Made by a program: the position numbers and the translations under genes. Below, one piece after another: positions 1 through 10,665 of a DNA stretch of 64,000 bases. Source of the stretch: Candidatus Micrarchaeota archaeon (GTDB lineage: Archaea; B1Sed10-29; B47-G15); assembly GCA_003660975.1 (NCBI GenBank), contig QMVG01000004.1:23836-87835 (forward strand). Reading direction: 5' to 3'. Under the pieces are notes generated by a model, which was not told where the DNA came from, did not search any database, and worked only from the letters and a program-made list of their open reading frames with translations. The number at the start of each line of letters is the position of its first letter. Within the stretch, counting starts at the first letter, position 1.

Positions 1-19
1 GTAAACAACCCAACCCTCA

Positions 20-1201
20 TCACAAAACACCCCTTAAATAATCAAAATAATACGACTCCATTCTCTTTGTTATCTTTTCCCAGTCAAAATATCTCTCTGC
101 CCTTTTTCTGCCTTTTTTGCCCTCTCTTCTCGCCAGTTTTTTGTCGCTGAAATATTTTATCACCTCCTTTGCCACTGCTTTCTCGTTTTTTGGTGGTATT
201 AGAGAACCAACCTCTCCAATAACTTCAGGAATTCCCCCAACAAATGTTCCTATGGGGACAGTTTCGCAAGACATTGCCTCTGTGAAGACAAGGCCAAATG
301 GCTCGTATAGGGAAGGGAGCACGAAAACATCTGCTGCTGAATAATAGGCTATTAGCTCTTTCTCACTTATGAAATGAGTGATAAATATGACCTTGTCCTC
401 CATATTTAATTCCTTAACCCTTCTTTTCAGCATGTGCTCTTCAGGACCTCTTCCTATGATAAGCGCCTTAAAATCTGGCTCTTCCTTTCTTATCTGTGGC
501 AGTGAGTCAATTACATATTTTATTCCTTTTTGCGGCTGGAATCTAGCAACGGTTAGCATAAGGTTCTCACAGCCCAGCTCTTCCTTCACCTTATTCCTGA
601 CTTTGCGATACTTCTTGGTGTCTATGCCATTGTACAAAACCCTTGTCCTTGATTCAGGAAAGCCTTCAGGCACTGTAATTTGCAGCGTATACTCGCTGTT
701 GCCTATTATCATATCAGCTGATTTCATGACTATCTTGCCTATGCTTTCGTCAAATAGTTGGCCAAGAGTATCTGTTATGAAATCTATTCCCACAGGTCTT
801 GCATTGTGGAGAGTCAGAAAAAGAGGTATCTTGTAAATCCTTTTCCAAAAGATAACAGAATCATAGGACAGGAAGAACCTATTATGCAGGTGAATAAAGT
901 CCGGCCTCTCTGATTTAAGTATTTTCCTTAACCTTCTCTGAAAGCCAAAAGGGATGTTGTATGGTGGAGGGAGAAAATATGGAAGTTTTCTTATCAGGAA
1001 GCTATTCAACCTATGGATATGGATGCCTTCAATCTCCTCTTCAAGAGGGTCATCTTCATTCCACTTTGATGCAATTATGTGAACATCGTGCTTTCTTGCC
1101 AATCTCCTGCTCAGCTCATACAAATATTTTTCAATACCTCCCATAAAAGGGTAGACAAAAGGGTCCACCATTAGTAAGGTTAACCTCTCCATATGCATCA
1201 C
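20..1201 (-). CDS. GT4 family (GT-B) glycosyltransferase
   Basis: N-terminal 'PFMGGIEKY' and C-terminal 'ADVFVLPSLYEPFGLVFTEAMSC' (E-x7-E) motifs. Confidence 0.9.
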   Translation of the reverse strand: MMHMERLTLLMVDPFVYPFMGGIEKYLYELSRRLARKHDVHIIASKWNEDDPLEEEIEGIHIHRLNSFLIRKLPYFLPPPYNIPFGFQRRLRKILKSERPDFIHLHNRFFLSYDSVIFWKRIYKIPLFLTLHNARPVGIDFITDTLGQLFDESIGKIVMKSADMIIGNSEYTLQITVPEGFPESRTRVLYNGIDTKKYRKVRNKVKEELGCENLMLTVARFQPQKGIKYVIDSLPQIRKEEPDFKALIIGRGPEEHMLKRRVKELNMEDKVIFITHFISEKELIAYYSAADVFVLPSLYEPFGLVFTEAMSCETVPIGTFVGGIPEVIGEVGSLIPPKNEKAVAKEVIKYFSDKKLARREGKKGRKRAERYFDWEKITKRMESYYFDYLRGVL

Positions 1202-2256
1202 AGTTTGAACTCCTCGTTCTCTATCAATGTCTCAAGCCCCATCTTCAGCGTTACTATTGCTCCCACAAAAACTATTAACCAATAAGATATTAATCTAAAT
1301 ATCGTTGTAAAGAGCGTTCCATCCACCAAGCCCGCTCCCATGGACATAAAGGATATCGACACTATTTCAAAAACACCTATGCCTCCTGGCAGTAAGCTGA
1401 GTAGGGAAGTCATCGTCACAGCGAGGTAGATAAACATGGCTGTGTAAACAGGAATGAAAATGCCAGAAGCTAGCATCACCATGAAAAAAGCCATTGAGAC
1501 AAAGAAGTGCTGGAAAGACATCAGCAGACCATTCACTATAATCTTTTTTTTGTGCAGCAACGGGATTACTGAGGTGTGAAAGTTCAAAACAGTTTTGTCA
1601 GCCCATGCTCCAAGCAGCTCTGGTTTGAAATTCTCTTTCTTTGTTATATAATAAGCTATCTTTGCTGCAAACCTAGCGCCTTTGACAACAAGTTTCCTGC
1701 ACATGTTTAGGTCTACTATAAGGTAAATAATGATGAGAAGAGAAAAAGCAAACAGGGCAAAGAGCACCATTATTATTACAAGGAGTGTGAAGTCATAAGC
1801 TCCTTTTATTACTACTGACAGAATCACAGTTATGGCAAATATGCTAAAACCGAAAAACCATGAAACTATCTGTGCCACGACTGTCGCAAATGCTTTTGAA
1901 TACTCTACGCCTGCCTTTTCGTGCATCAAGTAAGCAATAGTAAATTCGCCGCCAGGGGCAATGTTTGGCAATACGTTGTCCACGAAAAAGCCAGCTAATG
2001 TTATCTTAAACATTTTTAGAAAGGAAATCTTTCCGCCTAAAAAATGAAGCAGCAGTTTAAGGTTTAGAGCGTATATATATGGAGACATAAACACAAAAAA
2101 AACCGCTGCTAGCAGGAAGAAGGGATTTAAGTGCTCTATTTTTAACAAGGCCTCTCTGGCTCCTGAGAGAGACATGAAAAGGACCAGTGCCAATAGCCAC
2201 AGTGCGAACACTGCTGCCCACAGTTTCATTTTCTCTTTAAGCTTTCTTTCCTTCAT
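1198..2256 (-). CDS. Flippase-like / lysylphosphatidylglycerol synthase TM domain (UPF0104) membrane protein
   Basis: Multi-TM protein with 'NVLPNIAPGGE' and 'LPGGIGVFE...FRLISYW' motifs; 4-bp overlap with the glycosyltransferase. Confidence 0.8.
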   Translation of the reverse strand: MKERKLKEKMKLWAAVFALWLLALVLFMSLSGAREALLKIEHLNPFFLLAAVFFVFMSPYIYALNLKLLLHFLGGKISFLKMFKITLAGFFVDNVLPNIAPGGEFTIAYLMHEKAGVEYSKAFATVVAQIVSWFFGFSIFAITVILSVVIKGAYDFTLLVIIMVLFALFAFSLLIIIYLIVDLNMCRKLVVKGARFAAKIAYYITKKENFKPELLGAWADKTVLNFHTSVIPLLHKKKIIVNGLLMSFQHFFVSMAFFMVMLASGIFIPVYTAMFIYLAVTMTSLLSLLPGGIGVFEIVSISFMSMGAGLVDGTLFTTIFRLISYWLIVFVGAIVTLKMGLETLIENEEFKL

Positions 2257-2315
2257 GCTTAAATAAAAAGTAAAAGAATATAAAAAACAATAAGCCTATA
2301 ACATATGGGGTTTAC

Positions 2316-3191
2316 ATGCCAAGCTTAAAGTGGGCCATAATAATTACATTCTTTATACTGTCGCTTATGCTCTCAGCTATATTCTGGTTAGCCATGTTCT
2401 TCTTCAGAGTTACAGGGCCTACATTGGTGCTCTCTACGTTTGCCTTTGTGGCTTTTATGATTTTCTTTCAGTGGCTCGTGGGGCCTTCAGTAATTAAGAT
2501 GACAGCAAGGCTCAGGCCGTGTGAGGACAAAAAGATACTGCACATGGTTGAAAAGATTAGCAGGAAGACGGGAATTCCTATGCCAGATGTTTACATTGCT
2601 GACAGCAGAATACCAAATGCTTTTGCTTTTGGCAGGACCCAAAGCAGCTCTGCTATAGCTCTGCACAAGGGATTAATTGACAGCTTGAACGACAGCGAAC
2701 TGGAAGCAGTTATAGCACATGAAATAGGACATATAAAGCACAGGGATGTAATTGTAATGACTCTGGCCTCTGCTCTTCCGCTAATATTGTATTATTTGAT
2801 CTACTTTGGCAGTCTTTTTGCTTCTTCTAGAGACAATAGGGGAACTGTGAACTATCTTGGAGCTTGGTTAGGAGCAAGTGTGGCTCACTTTTTAGGCACC
2901 CTCATAGTGCTTTACCTTTCCAGAGTGAGAGAGTATTATGCTGACGAGCATTCTGCTTTGGTGACAAAGAGGCCTGATAGTCTCATATCTGCCCTTAGGA
3001 AAATAAGTCAAGGCATAAGAAGTAGCCCAGTTCCGAGAAGAGCAGGGAGAGAGGACATATTAAGAACATTCTACATAGAGAACCCTGCCATGGAGCTGTC
3101 TGGCTCCTCTCTCATGGAGTTGCTTATGACACATCCACCATTGGAAAAAAGGATAAAGGCATTGGAGAAGATAAAGAGAAAGCTTCTCTAA
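2316..3191 (+). CDS. htpX: M48 zinc metalloprotease HtpX
   Basis: PNAFAFG, AHEIGH (HExxH), SRVREYYAD, THPPLEKRI. Confidence 0.9.
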   Translation: MPSLKWAIIITFFILSLMLSAIFWLAMFFFRVTGPTLVLSTFAFVAFMIFFQWLVGPSVIKMTARLRPCEDKKILHMVEKISRKTGIPMPDVYIADSRIPNAFAFGRTQSSSAIALHKGLIDSLNDSELEAVIAHEIGHIKHRDVIVMTLASALPLILYYLIYFGSLFASSRDNRGTVNYLGAWLGASVAHFLGTLIVLYLSRVREYYADEHSALVTKRPDSLISALRKISQGIRSSPVPRRAGREDILRTFYIENPAMELSGSSLMELLMTHPPLEKRIKALEKIKRKLL

Positions 3192-4408
3192 TATGTTCTC
3201 AGCTCTCCTTCTATGAGCCTTTTGCTTACGCTTCTTATATTGTCTAATTCATCGTTCGCTATGTCAACAATCTCTTTTTCCAAGCTTTTGACCTTCACTC
3301 CTTCTTTCGGTGAGACTTTTACTGAAAGCTTTTTGGGTTGGTCTATGGGCCTTCCTATGCTTGACAATATGTCTACATATACCTCTTCTATGCCTTTTAC
3401 TTCAGAGTATATTCTGTTTGAAAGCTCATCAGCCAAAACATTGTAGATTTTTCCAACGTGGTTTATTGGGTTTTTTCCACAAGCAGCCTCCAAGCTCATT
3501 GGCCTGTTCGGCGTTATCAAACCATTGCTTCTGTTGCCTCTTCCTACCATTCCGTCATCGCCCATCTCAGCACTCAGGCCAGTAACTGTGATATAGACAC
3601 TGTCTGGATTGTCCTCATGGTCTGCAGTATTTATTGAAACCGATATGGAATCTGCCCTTTTCTTCTGCTCTTTATTTATTTCCTCACAGATGTTCAGCAC
3701 ATCTTCTTCTAGCTGTCTTTTCAGTGAAATGTATTCAGAAAGAGAAGAGACAAACTTGTCAACAAAAGCCACGCCCAAAGTAAATAAAAAGTCATTGCCA
3801 TCTCTTAGTCCCATGACTTTTACGTCTTCTCCAATCCATGGGTGCTCTATCCTGTATTTCGGGCTATTAAGCGTTTCAGTTACTTTCAAAACCATTTCTT
3901 CAAGTCGGGAGTATGGAGCGTATCCAACACCAAAAGAGGTATCATTTGCCAAAGGAATATCTTTTTTATTTCTCTCAAAACAGCTCACTAAGTCATTGGA
4001 ACCGTGAGAGAGATATGACTCTATTTCTATGTTCTCTACTTTTAGGTTGAACATATTGTTCTGCAAGTAATTCCTGCATGCTTTTATGGCGATTTCATCA
4101 ACAGGAATCTCTTCTCCCCTGTATTCGCTGCTTGCTCTCCCTATTAATATGATTTTTATGGGTTTCATTATCTCTCCACCGCCAAACTCCGGTTTTGAGG
4201 CACCTGCAGCCAGTGCGATTTTGTCAACGTTGTGGTGCAGTACTTCACCAAAGCGTTTTATGTATTCCTTTGAGAGGGCTTTGCTGATTTCCTCTGCGAG
4301 AGCATCGCATATGGTGTCTGGATGCCCTATGCCCTTTCTCTCCACCATTTCTATTTCGTAATCCTCTATTAGAGGCCTTCCTGAGTGCTCCACTGATATA
4401 TTTCTCAT
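3188..4408 (-). CDS. mat: Archaeal-type S-adenosylmethionine synthetase
   Basis: [49 protein letters not shown]. Confidence 0.95.
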   Translation of the reverse strand: MRNISVEHSGRPLIEDYEIEMVERKGIGHPDTICDALAEEISKALSKEYIKRFGEVLHHNVDKIALAAGASKPEFGGGEIMKPIKIILIGRASSEYRGEEIPVDEIAIKACRNYLQNNMFNLKVENIEIESYLSHGSNDLVSCFERNKKDIPLANDTSFGVGYAPYSRLEEMVLKVTETLNSPKYRIEHPWIGEDVKVMGLRDGNDFLFTLGVAFVDKFVSSLSEYISLKRQLEEDVLNICEEINKEQKKRADSISVSINTADHEDNPDSVYITVTGLSAEMGDDGMVGRGNRSNGLITPNRPMSLEAACGKNPINHVGKIYNVLADELSNRIYSEVKGIEEVYVDILSSIGRPIDQPKKLSVKVSPKEGVKVKSLEKEIVDIANDELDNIRSVSKRLIEGELRTY

Positions 4409-4520
4409 CTTAACACCTATATTCTAATTAGAATATTATCAGCTAACATTATAATGAAGAGAATAGAGATATTTTGAAAAAGCTCTTTTTTATACTTTTT
4501 GTGGTTCTAACAAAAACAAA

Positions 4521-4772
4521 TCAGGCCGTGTGAAAAGCAATCTCTATGCGAACTTTATATCCTTTGGATTTTATTTCCTCTTCAATGCTGTTTTCTATGT
4601 AAGATTGCAGGTCCCTCATGTGGTGGGGCAAATGAATTAGCACATCTACAGCTTTTTCTTCCTCATTTACTTCTATTTGCTTTACTATTCCCAAGTCAAC
4701 TATGTTCTTTCCGGTCTCTGGGTCCACTATCTCCCTAAGACAATCGGCAAATGCTTTTTCTTCCATAGTCAT
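4521..4772 (-). CDS. DUF59/MIP18-like (Fe-S assembly) small protein
   Basis: 'LREIVDPETGKNIVDLGIV' DUF59 signature; the usual downstream Cys is absent. Confidence 0.7.
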   Translation of the reverse strand: MTMEEKAFADCLREIVDPETGKNIVDLGIVKQIEVNEEEKAVDVLIHLPHHMRDLQSYIENSIEEEIKSKGYKVRIEIAFHTA

Positions 4773-4797
4773 AAAAAAACAGCTGAGAATAAAAAGC

Positions 4798-6048
4798 TTA
4801 GAGGAAAAGCGTTATAATGCCAAGAACTATTGCAGCCCCAGCTAATAGGATTAATATCTTTATTACCTTTTCAGCCTCTTCTGTAGGAACTCCCAAGCCT
4901 CCCCCCAACTTGACCTTTGTTTTCTTTTCCTTCTTCTCCTTGCTTTCCTGCTTTATTCTTTTGAAGACTACCGGGGCCTCTCCTGTCTCTTTCTCTGCCT
5001 CCTTTTTCTTCGGAGCTTCCAGAGCTATGGCTTCCTCTTCTAAGTCCAAAGCCCTTTTTATCGCAGCTGGAACAAATTTTACTCCTCTGAGAGTGTCAAC
5101 TTGGGCAGATAGGCCCATTTCCTTTAAGCGTTCATACTCTTCGTCAGTAATTGCTATTAGCTTGCCTTCCTGCACTTTCTTTGCCACCTGCTTCTCATAG
5201 TCTTTCTTCAGCATTATTGCCCTTGGCTTTTCCTCTTTTTCTTCCTTTTTTTCCTCTGAAATTTCAGCTTTCTTCTTTTTAGCTTTGGAGCTGATCTTCA
5301 TAGGTCTTATGGTTCCTTTATCTCTCATCAATGCCAGGACGTCATCATAATACGCTTTACCCAGGGCCCTTTTTGAAGGTGGCAGTGGCAATCTTATTAT
5401 GGCTTTGCTTCCAAGGGCTGTTTCTACCTCACCTTCGCTAACCTCAATGCCCTTTATCTCTTTGTGCTTCTCCAAGAACTCTCTGGCCTTTTCAGGTCTC
5501 ACATACAGCTTTAAGTAGAGCTTCCCGTTTTTCTTGTATGCTATCTTGCTCGCAGCTCCCATCCAGTCCTCGCCCATAACGCTCTTTTTCAGCAGGTATC
5601 TGCTGTCCTCTGTTTCAAACTCCAACTTTGACCTTGACCTCTTTCTTGACCACTCCGAAGTACTTGACTTAAAGCGCTTGAACATGGCCCCAGTAGCATC
5701 TCCAAGGACGCCAAAGCGTTTTGCGATATCTCTTGTCGTGTATTTCCTTCCATCGCTTGTTTCAACCACTAGCATTTCATTTCCCTTTTCCTTGATTGTT
5801 TTGGCTGTCTTCTCATCTATTTCCACCATTTTCCTTTCCTTCACCAGTTTTTCTGTCCACTTGTCAACTATTTTCTTTTTTTCTTCCTCTGAGGCTTTTT
5901 CAAACTTTTCTAAAAATCGCCCCAGCTCTGTCTTCTTTTCTTTTGCTTTGCTCTGCTTCCTGGCGGGATGTTTATCTGTGTTTCTTTCTTTCCTTTCTTC
6001 CATTATTTTATTTATTCCCTTGCCGAGAGCAGCTTTTTTAGGCATCAT
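4798..6048 (-). CDS. Hypothetical Lys/Glu-rich protein with C-terminal membrane anchor
   Basis: 416-aa ORF with upstream AGGTGA SD-like site; hydrophobic C-terminus ILILLAGAAIVLGIITLFL. Confidence 0.7.
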   Translation of the reverse strand: MMPKKAALGKGINKIMEERKERNTDKHPARKQSKAKEKKTELGRFLEKFEKASEEEKKKIVDKWTEKLVKERKMVEIDEKTAKTIKEKGNEMLVVETSDGRKYTTRDIAKRFGVLGDATGAMFKRFKSSTSEWSRKRSRSKLEFETEDSRYLLKKSVMGEDWMGAASKIAYKKNGKLYLKLYVRPEKAREFLEKHKEIKGIEVSEGEVETALGSKAIIRLPLPPSKRALGKAYYDDVLALMRDKGTIRPMKISSKAKKKKAEISEEKKEEKEEKPRAIMLKKDYEKQVAKKVQEGKLIAITDEEYERLKEMGLSAQVDTLRGVKFVPAAIKRALDLEEEAIALEAPKKKEAEKETGEAPVVFKRIKQESKEKKEKKTKVKLGGGLGVPTEEAEKVIKILILLAGAAIVLGIITLFL

Positions 6049-6186
6049 CTCACCTGAAATATTATTGCAATCGCATATATATAAACATTCCTGAGACTAA
6101 AAAGGTTTGGGAAATATATAAAACTTGGCAAAGCGTCAGGAAAAGCTGATGAGTGAAATAAAGCCCCAAGGTTATGGTCTTCAACC

Positions 6187-6274
6187 TAAGCTTTTTTCTG
6201 TGAAAACTATGGAAAAAGCTTAAGCAAAAAAAGCAAAAATAAGCTTTTTTCTGTGATAACTGTGAAAAAAGCTT
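6187..6274. repeat. Two tandem copies of a palindromic element 3' of tRNA-Ile
   Basis: taagcttttttctgtgaaaactatggaaaaagctta and taagcttttttctgtgataactgtgaaaaaagctt; first copy nearly identical to 32719-32764. Confidence 0.8.
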
Positions 6275-6281
6275 GCAAAAA

Positions 6282-6356
6282 TGGGCCAGGAGGGATTTGA
6301 ACCCTCGACCTCCCGGTTATCAGCCGGGTGCTCCAACCAGACTAAGCTACTGGCCC
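6282..6356 (-). tRNA. tRNA-Ile(GAU)
   Basis: Reverse complement GGGCCAG...CCCGG CT GAT AA CCGGG...GTTCAAAT...CTGGCCCA folds to a full cloverleaf; CCA not encoded. Confidence 0.95.
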
Positions 6357-6406
6357 TGAAAATATGGAAGATATTAGGCAGCAGTAGTTATTTAAACCTA
6401 ACCCAA

Positions 6407-9400
6407 TCAAACAATGTTGAAATCATCGTCCCTTGGTGCTTTTTTCTTCTTGCCTATTTTATAAGAAAACAATGTTTTCTCTTCGTCTGCCTCGTACTCT
6501 GCTAAAACCTTTCCTGACTTTGTCCTTATTTTTGGGGCAGCCTTCCTTTTTCTCTTTGGCAGTTTTGGAAGTGAAAAGCTTTTGAAAGGTGATTTCGAGG
6601 AAGCCTTGCTTATAGGATACTTACTTCTACCAAAGAGAGCCTTGATTTTGTTCAAAAATTCCTTTACGCTGTCAAGCACGTCCATTAGCAAGGCCCTCTT
6701 AAAGAAGTACAGCAGCACGATTACTACTGCAAACGAAGCAATGCCCCCAGCTGCAACGTATATGGTGGAATCACCAGCTGCCTTTTCTTTCTGTGCAGGC
6801 GTGTAGCAGCTGCAGTCACTTATGTTTAACACCTGCTCTTCTGGACAGACGGTGTCCAGACACTTAAAGACGCATTCGCAGTTTTCATTGACCTCGTATC
6901 CTTCTGGGCACTCCACGTCGCAAGCTGCTGTTGTCTCTTCAATGCTTTCCGTGGATACAACAGAGGGTTGGCTTTCATCCATAAATTCATCCTTGTCTTC
7001 TACCAAGTTCACAGTGTAATTTACCTCTGCCTTTGATTTGGCTTTGACATCCAATGTCCACTCCAGCACAGGGTCGGCTTCAATCACTGTTGGCACGTTG
7101 TTGTCAAAAACAATATAACTAACATTGGGAGCTATGTCTTTCGGCACAGTCTCGCGTATCTTTGTTCTCTTTGTTGTGGAAAGAGGGTTGTAAACAGAGA
7201 GCGAGACGATTGTTTTATTGCTAGGAGTATCAAGGAAGTACCTTCTCACAGAAACCTTATTGCTCGGGCGCGGTTTCTCCTTAACCTCTATTGTTATCTC
7301 CTTATCAAAGTATATCTTATCCTTGTTGTTATTTGCCCCCCTTATAATCACAGTGTAATTGCCAGGTCTTGTGTATTCATCTGTCGTGTAATTAAATGAG
7401 TACTGCTTTACTTCTCCTCCGGATACAGAAACACTCCTTTTCCCTTGGAATACTTTTATTATATTATAGTCCTGCTCAACAAAGATATAAACAGCCCTGC
7501 CTGTGCTTAGGGTGTTTTCTATTGTTAGAGAGATTGTCTTGTTTTTACCTGCTTCTGCCACCACCTTGCTTACGCCAACAGCAGATATGCCAGGCACTTG
7601 CTCAGAACCGCTGCTTTCACTGCTGCCAGCAGAGCTAGAACTGCTACCTGTGTTGTCATTCGTGCTTGACTCGCTTATGGTAAATTTATTTGTGAAGTTT
7701 TTGCTTCCAACAAGGCCCCAAACACCATCCACATCAACCATGGCATCATATGTTCCAGCATCAGGTATCGAGCAGCTGGTGAGTGTCTTTGAAGAGCTGC
7801 CGCTTATGCTTCCCGCGCATGCACTGTAACCTATTTCATAATAAACAGTGACTGTGCCATAGACATAAGCATTAACAGAGGAGCCATTGCAACTTATGTT
7901 ATATCTTATCCCACTAACTGTCGTGCTAAAGCTTTCTCCCTCCGTGGCTGAAGCAGATGACACGCTTCCTATGACAATATTGCTTTCCAATGTGCTGTTT
8001 CTGAGCACTGGAACCTTTGAGAGCTCGGTTATGCTTCCCTTCCTGCTCTGGTTATCTGTTAAGCTTATTGTAATATTATACAGGCCACCACCATTTACAC
8101 CATTTACATCAAGCTGGCTTGCGTTAAACTCGCAGTACATGGACGTGCTGCTGTTGTCAAAAACTCTGCTTGTTATACTTTTCAATACTCCCTTTCTCCA
8201 GGACAGCGTGCAATTGCTCTTGTTGACCGTGTGCTGCAGGCTGCTCCATGAGATATATCCAAATGTCATGACCCTTGCCTTGAAGAAAACCTTTAACTTG
8301 GCATCTTTATCCCCAAGGTCCCCACTGTAGTATGTCTCTGTTATCTTTCCTGTGTCAGGCCCCACATAGCTTATATTCAGCATGGGCTCATAGAAGTATA
8401 AGATAACAGCATCTGAATAAGACTGGTTCTTTGATGACTTCACGCTTATGTTAACAGTTGTGTTCCCAGAATACGAGGATGAGACACTTATATTTACTGT
8501 GATGTTTTTACTTTCGCTTTTGTTTAACCGGATAGACACAGTGCTTGTGTTTGAGCTTAAACCAGCGCCAGGGCTTACTGACAGCGTATAGGAAGAAGCG
8601 TTATTTCCAACATTGCTCACAGTCAAAAGCACGGAAATATTTGCTTGGGGTATGCTGAAGTTTTTGTAGACCGTCTTGTTTGCAGAGACGCTAACATTGT
8701 ACTCCTCCTTCATAGTAAGAGAAAATGAACTGCTGTTCGTGCTTGGATCGTAGCTTATTGGCAGCTTGTTAGAGCCACTCAAATAGCTGAAGTTCAGAAG
8801 CACGAGAGTGCTGTTTCCTCCGCCAATACTGCTGTTTAGGTGGCCATCCACGTAGAAATACCTTGAATTATGTGCCTGCAGTTCAAATGTTATACTGGTT
8901 CCCCAGCCACTGCTGTCGTTTAGGTAGATTGGCCAGTCATCCGTATTTCTTAACTCGACCGTTACATTGTAATTGACATTGCCTGTATTGTTTATTAAAA
9001 CAGGGTGGTGTAGGTAGCCCATTGGCACATTGGCATTGTTGGCAGTTATGCTGACATTTGATTGTGCTCTCACATATACATTGATAACGGTACTCGTTCC
9101 TTGGTGTTTGTAGCTGTCATTTGCCTTTACTGTTATGTTATAGTACCCTGGGTGCTCTTTTGAGGTGTCCCAGTCATATGAACATGTTAAGTTCCATATA
9201 TGAACGTTGTGTGAACAGTCCTCACTGGCGTCTATTAATTGCCAGCCAGTACCAAAGTTAATCATTATCGTATCGTTAAGAAGATTATAATCACTCACTG
9301 TGAAGTTTACCTTGCTGCTTATGCCGGAGACATTGCTGCCATTGCCAGGTGCTGTTATGTTCACTGCTGGGGCATCATTGTCAATTGTGATGTTTGTTGT

Positions 9401-10558
9401 GTTGAACACTGGACCATTGCCTGCTTTGTCTTTTTTTACCCATATGCTTATATTGTAGCAGCCGTCGTCAAATTCAGTTGTGTCTATGGTTTTATAGAAA
9501 ATATTGGCGCTGTCATTTGACATGTTAAGGTGAGAGCCGTAATTTGAGTAATAATATTGGTCGCTTGCATTATCGCATGGTGTTACATCCATCTGAACAT
9601 TGTCTTCATTGCTTGGTAGCCCTGAGAGGTTTTCTGATATTCTCACAGTTACGTTATATGTTCCATTTATGTGGCTGCCAGCAGTCGGCTGCTGGAAAAT
9701 TATGATTGGGTCTTTGTTGTCAATGCCTATAAACCACGTTACGAATGCCCTATTGCTTGAAGCGTCCGTGACAGTTATATTAAAGTAATAACTGCCATCG
9801 CTAACACTCTGCGTGATTGGATATGCATTCCACTTTCCATTATTGTTGTCACCACTGTACCTGTTCATCCCAAAGCTTTGCAGTTCATCTGCAGGATTGC
9901 TGCCATTTGCGATGTAAAGCACTGCAGAGCTTATGCCGTAGCCCACATCAGTCAGGCTCACGTTTACCGTGACTCCGTCTGATATATACGTGAAATTATT
10001 ATACCAAACAGTTAGGTTGTATAGGGTTTGAGCATATGTCATAAACAGCGTGCCTGTGTTTATCTCTGGAGCTTTGGTGTCAAGGACATCTATGCTGAAG
10101 TTCTTGAACACAGACGAACCGTTCGTATCATAGTCAAAGTAGCTAAGGTTATAGTCGTGGTGATATTCTCCTATGTAAACTTTGAACACCACTGTAACAC
10201 TCTTATTTGGTGCCAATCCCAGCAAGGTGGTATTGCTGGATGCGTTTACAGTGCAGTTCATAGCAGGCATATCCCTGAACATTCCAATATCGCAGCTGAC
10301 ATTTTCACTGCTTGGGCCAGCCAGAAATTCAGAAAAATTACACTCATTTGGATTGCTGAAATTCGCCAATGTAAGGTTAAACTTAGTTATGTTATCATCA
10401 GAGCTTGCGTTATTCTCAATAGTGATTTGCAAGGTGTGAAATCCTGTGTCGTTTACAGTGCTTTGGTTTAGGGTTACAATAGCAACATGTGAAGATACGG
10501 TGCTTTGGGCTATAAAAACAAAAAAGAGAGCTATAAGGAAAATATACTTAATTTTCAT
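6407..10558 (-). CDS. Large cell-surface / S-layer-like glycoprotein with Ig-like repeats
   Basis: Signal peptide, many N-x-S/T sequons, 'D-x-x-x-P-x-I/V' Ig-like boundaries, Ser-rich linker, Cys-rich segment, TM helix and basic tail. Confidence 0.8.
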   Translation of the reverse strand: MKIKYIFLIALFFVFIAQSTVSSHVAIVTLNQSTVNDTGFHTLQITIENNASSDDNITKFNLTLANFSNPNECNFSEFLAGPSSENVSCDIGMFRDMPAMNCTVNASSNTTLLGLAPNKSVTVVFKVYIGEYHHDYNLSYFDYDTNGSSVFKNFSIDVLDTKAPEINTGTLFMTYAQTLYNLTVWYNNFTYISDGVTVNVSLTDVGYGISSAVLYIANGSNPADELQSFGMNRYSGDNNNGKWNAYPITQSVSDGSYYFNITVTDASSNRAFVTWFIGIDNKDPIIIFQQPTAGSHINGTYNVTVRISENLSGLPSNEDNVQMDVTPCDNASDQYYYSNYGSHLNMSNDSANIFYKTIDTTEFDDGCYNISIWVKKDKAGNGPVFNTTNITIDNDAPAVNITAPGNGSNVSGISSKVNFTVSDYNLLNDTIMINFGTGWQLIDASEDCSHNVHIWNLTCSYDWDTSKEHPGYYNITVKANDSYKHQGTSTVINVYVRAQSNVSITANNANVPMGYLHHPVLINNTGNVNYNVTVELRNTDDWPIYLNDSSGWGTSITFELQAHNSRYFYVDGHLNSSIGGGNSTLVLLNFSYLSGSNKLPISYDPSTNSSSFSLTMKEEYNVSVSANKTVYKNFSIPQANISVLLTVSNVGNNASSYTLSVSPGAGLSSNTSTVSIRLNKSESKNITVNISVSSSYSGNTTVNISVKSSKNQSYSDAVILYFYEPMLNISYVGPDTGKITETYYSGDLGDKDAKLKVFFKARVMTFGYISWSSLQHTVNKSNCTLSWRKGVLKSITSRVFDNSSTSMYCEFNASQLDVNGVNGGGLYNITISLTDNQSRKGSITELSKVPVLRNSTLESNIVIGSVSSASATEGESFSTTVSGIRYNISCNGSSVNAYVYGTVTVYYEIGYSACAGSISGSSSKTLTSCSIPDAGTYDAMVDVDGVWGLVGSKNFTNKFTISESSTNDNTGSSSSSAGSSESSGSEQVPGISAVGVSKVVAEAGKNKTISLTIENTLSTGRAVYIFVEQDYNIIKVFQGKRSVSVSGGEVKQYSFNYTTDEYTRPGNYTVIIRGANNNKDKIYFDKEITIEVKEKPRPSNKVSVRRYFLDTPSNKTIVSLSVYNPLSTTKRTKIRETVPKDIAPNVSYIVFDNNVPTVIEADPVLEWTLDVKAKSKAEVNYTVNLVEDKDEFMDESQPSVVSTESIEETTAACDVECPEGYEVNENCECVFKCLDTVCPEEQVLNISDCSCYTPAQKEKAAGDSTIYVAAGGIASFAVVIVLLYFFKRALLMDVLDSVKEFLNKIKALFGRSKYPISKASSKSPFKSFSLPKLPKRKRKAAPKIRTKSGKVLAEYEADEEKTLFSYKIGKKKKAPRDDDFNIV

Positions 10559-10665
10559 ATATATCGCCTTTATATATGCTGTTCATTTATTTATAATTTT
10601 CTAAAATAGACTGCCAATATCTTTTTATTCACATACTGTTTTTATGAGCTGTGAGGGATAGGTGA

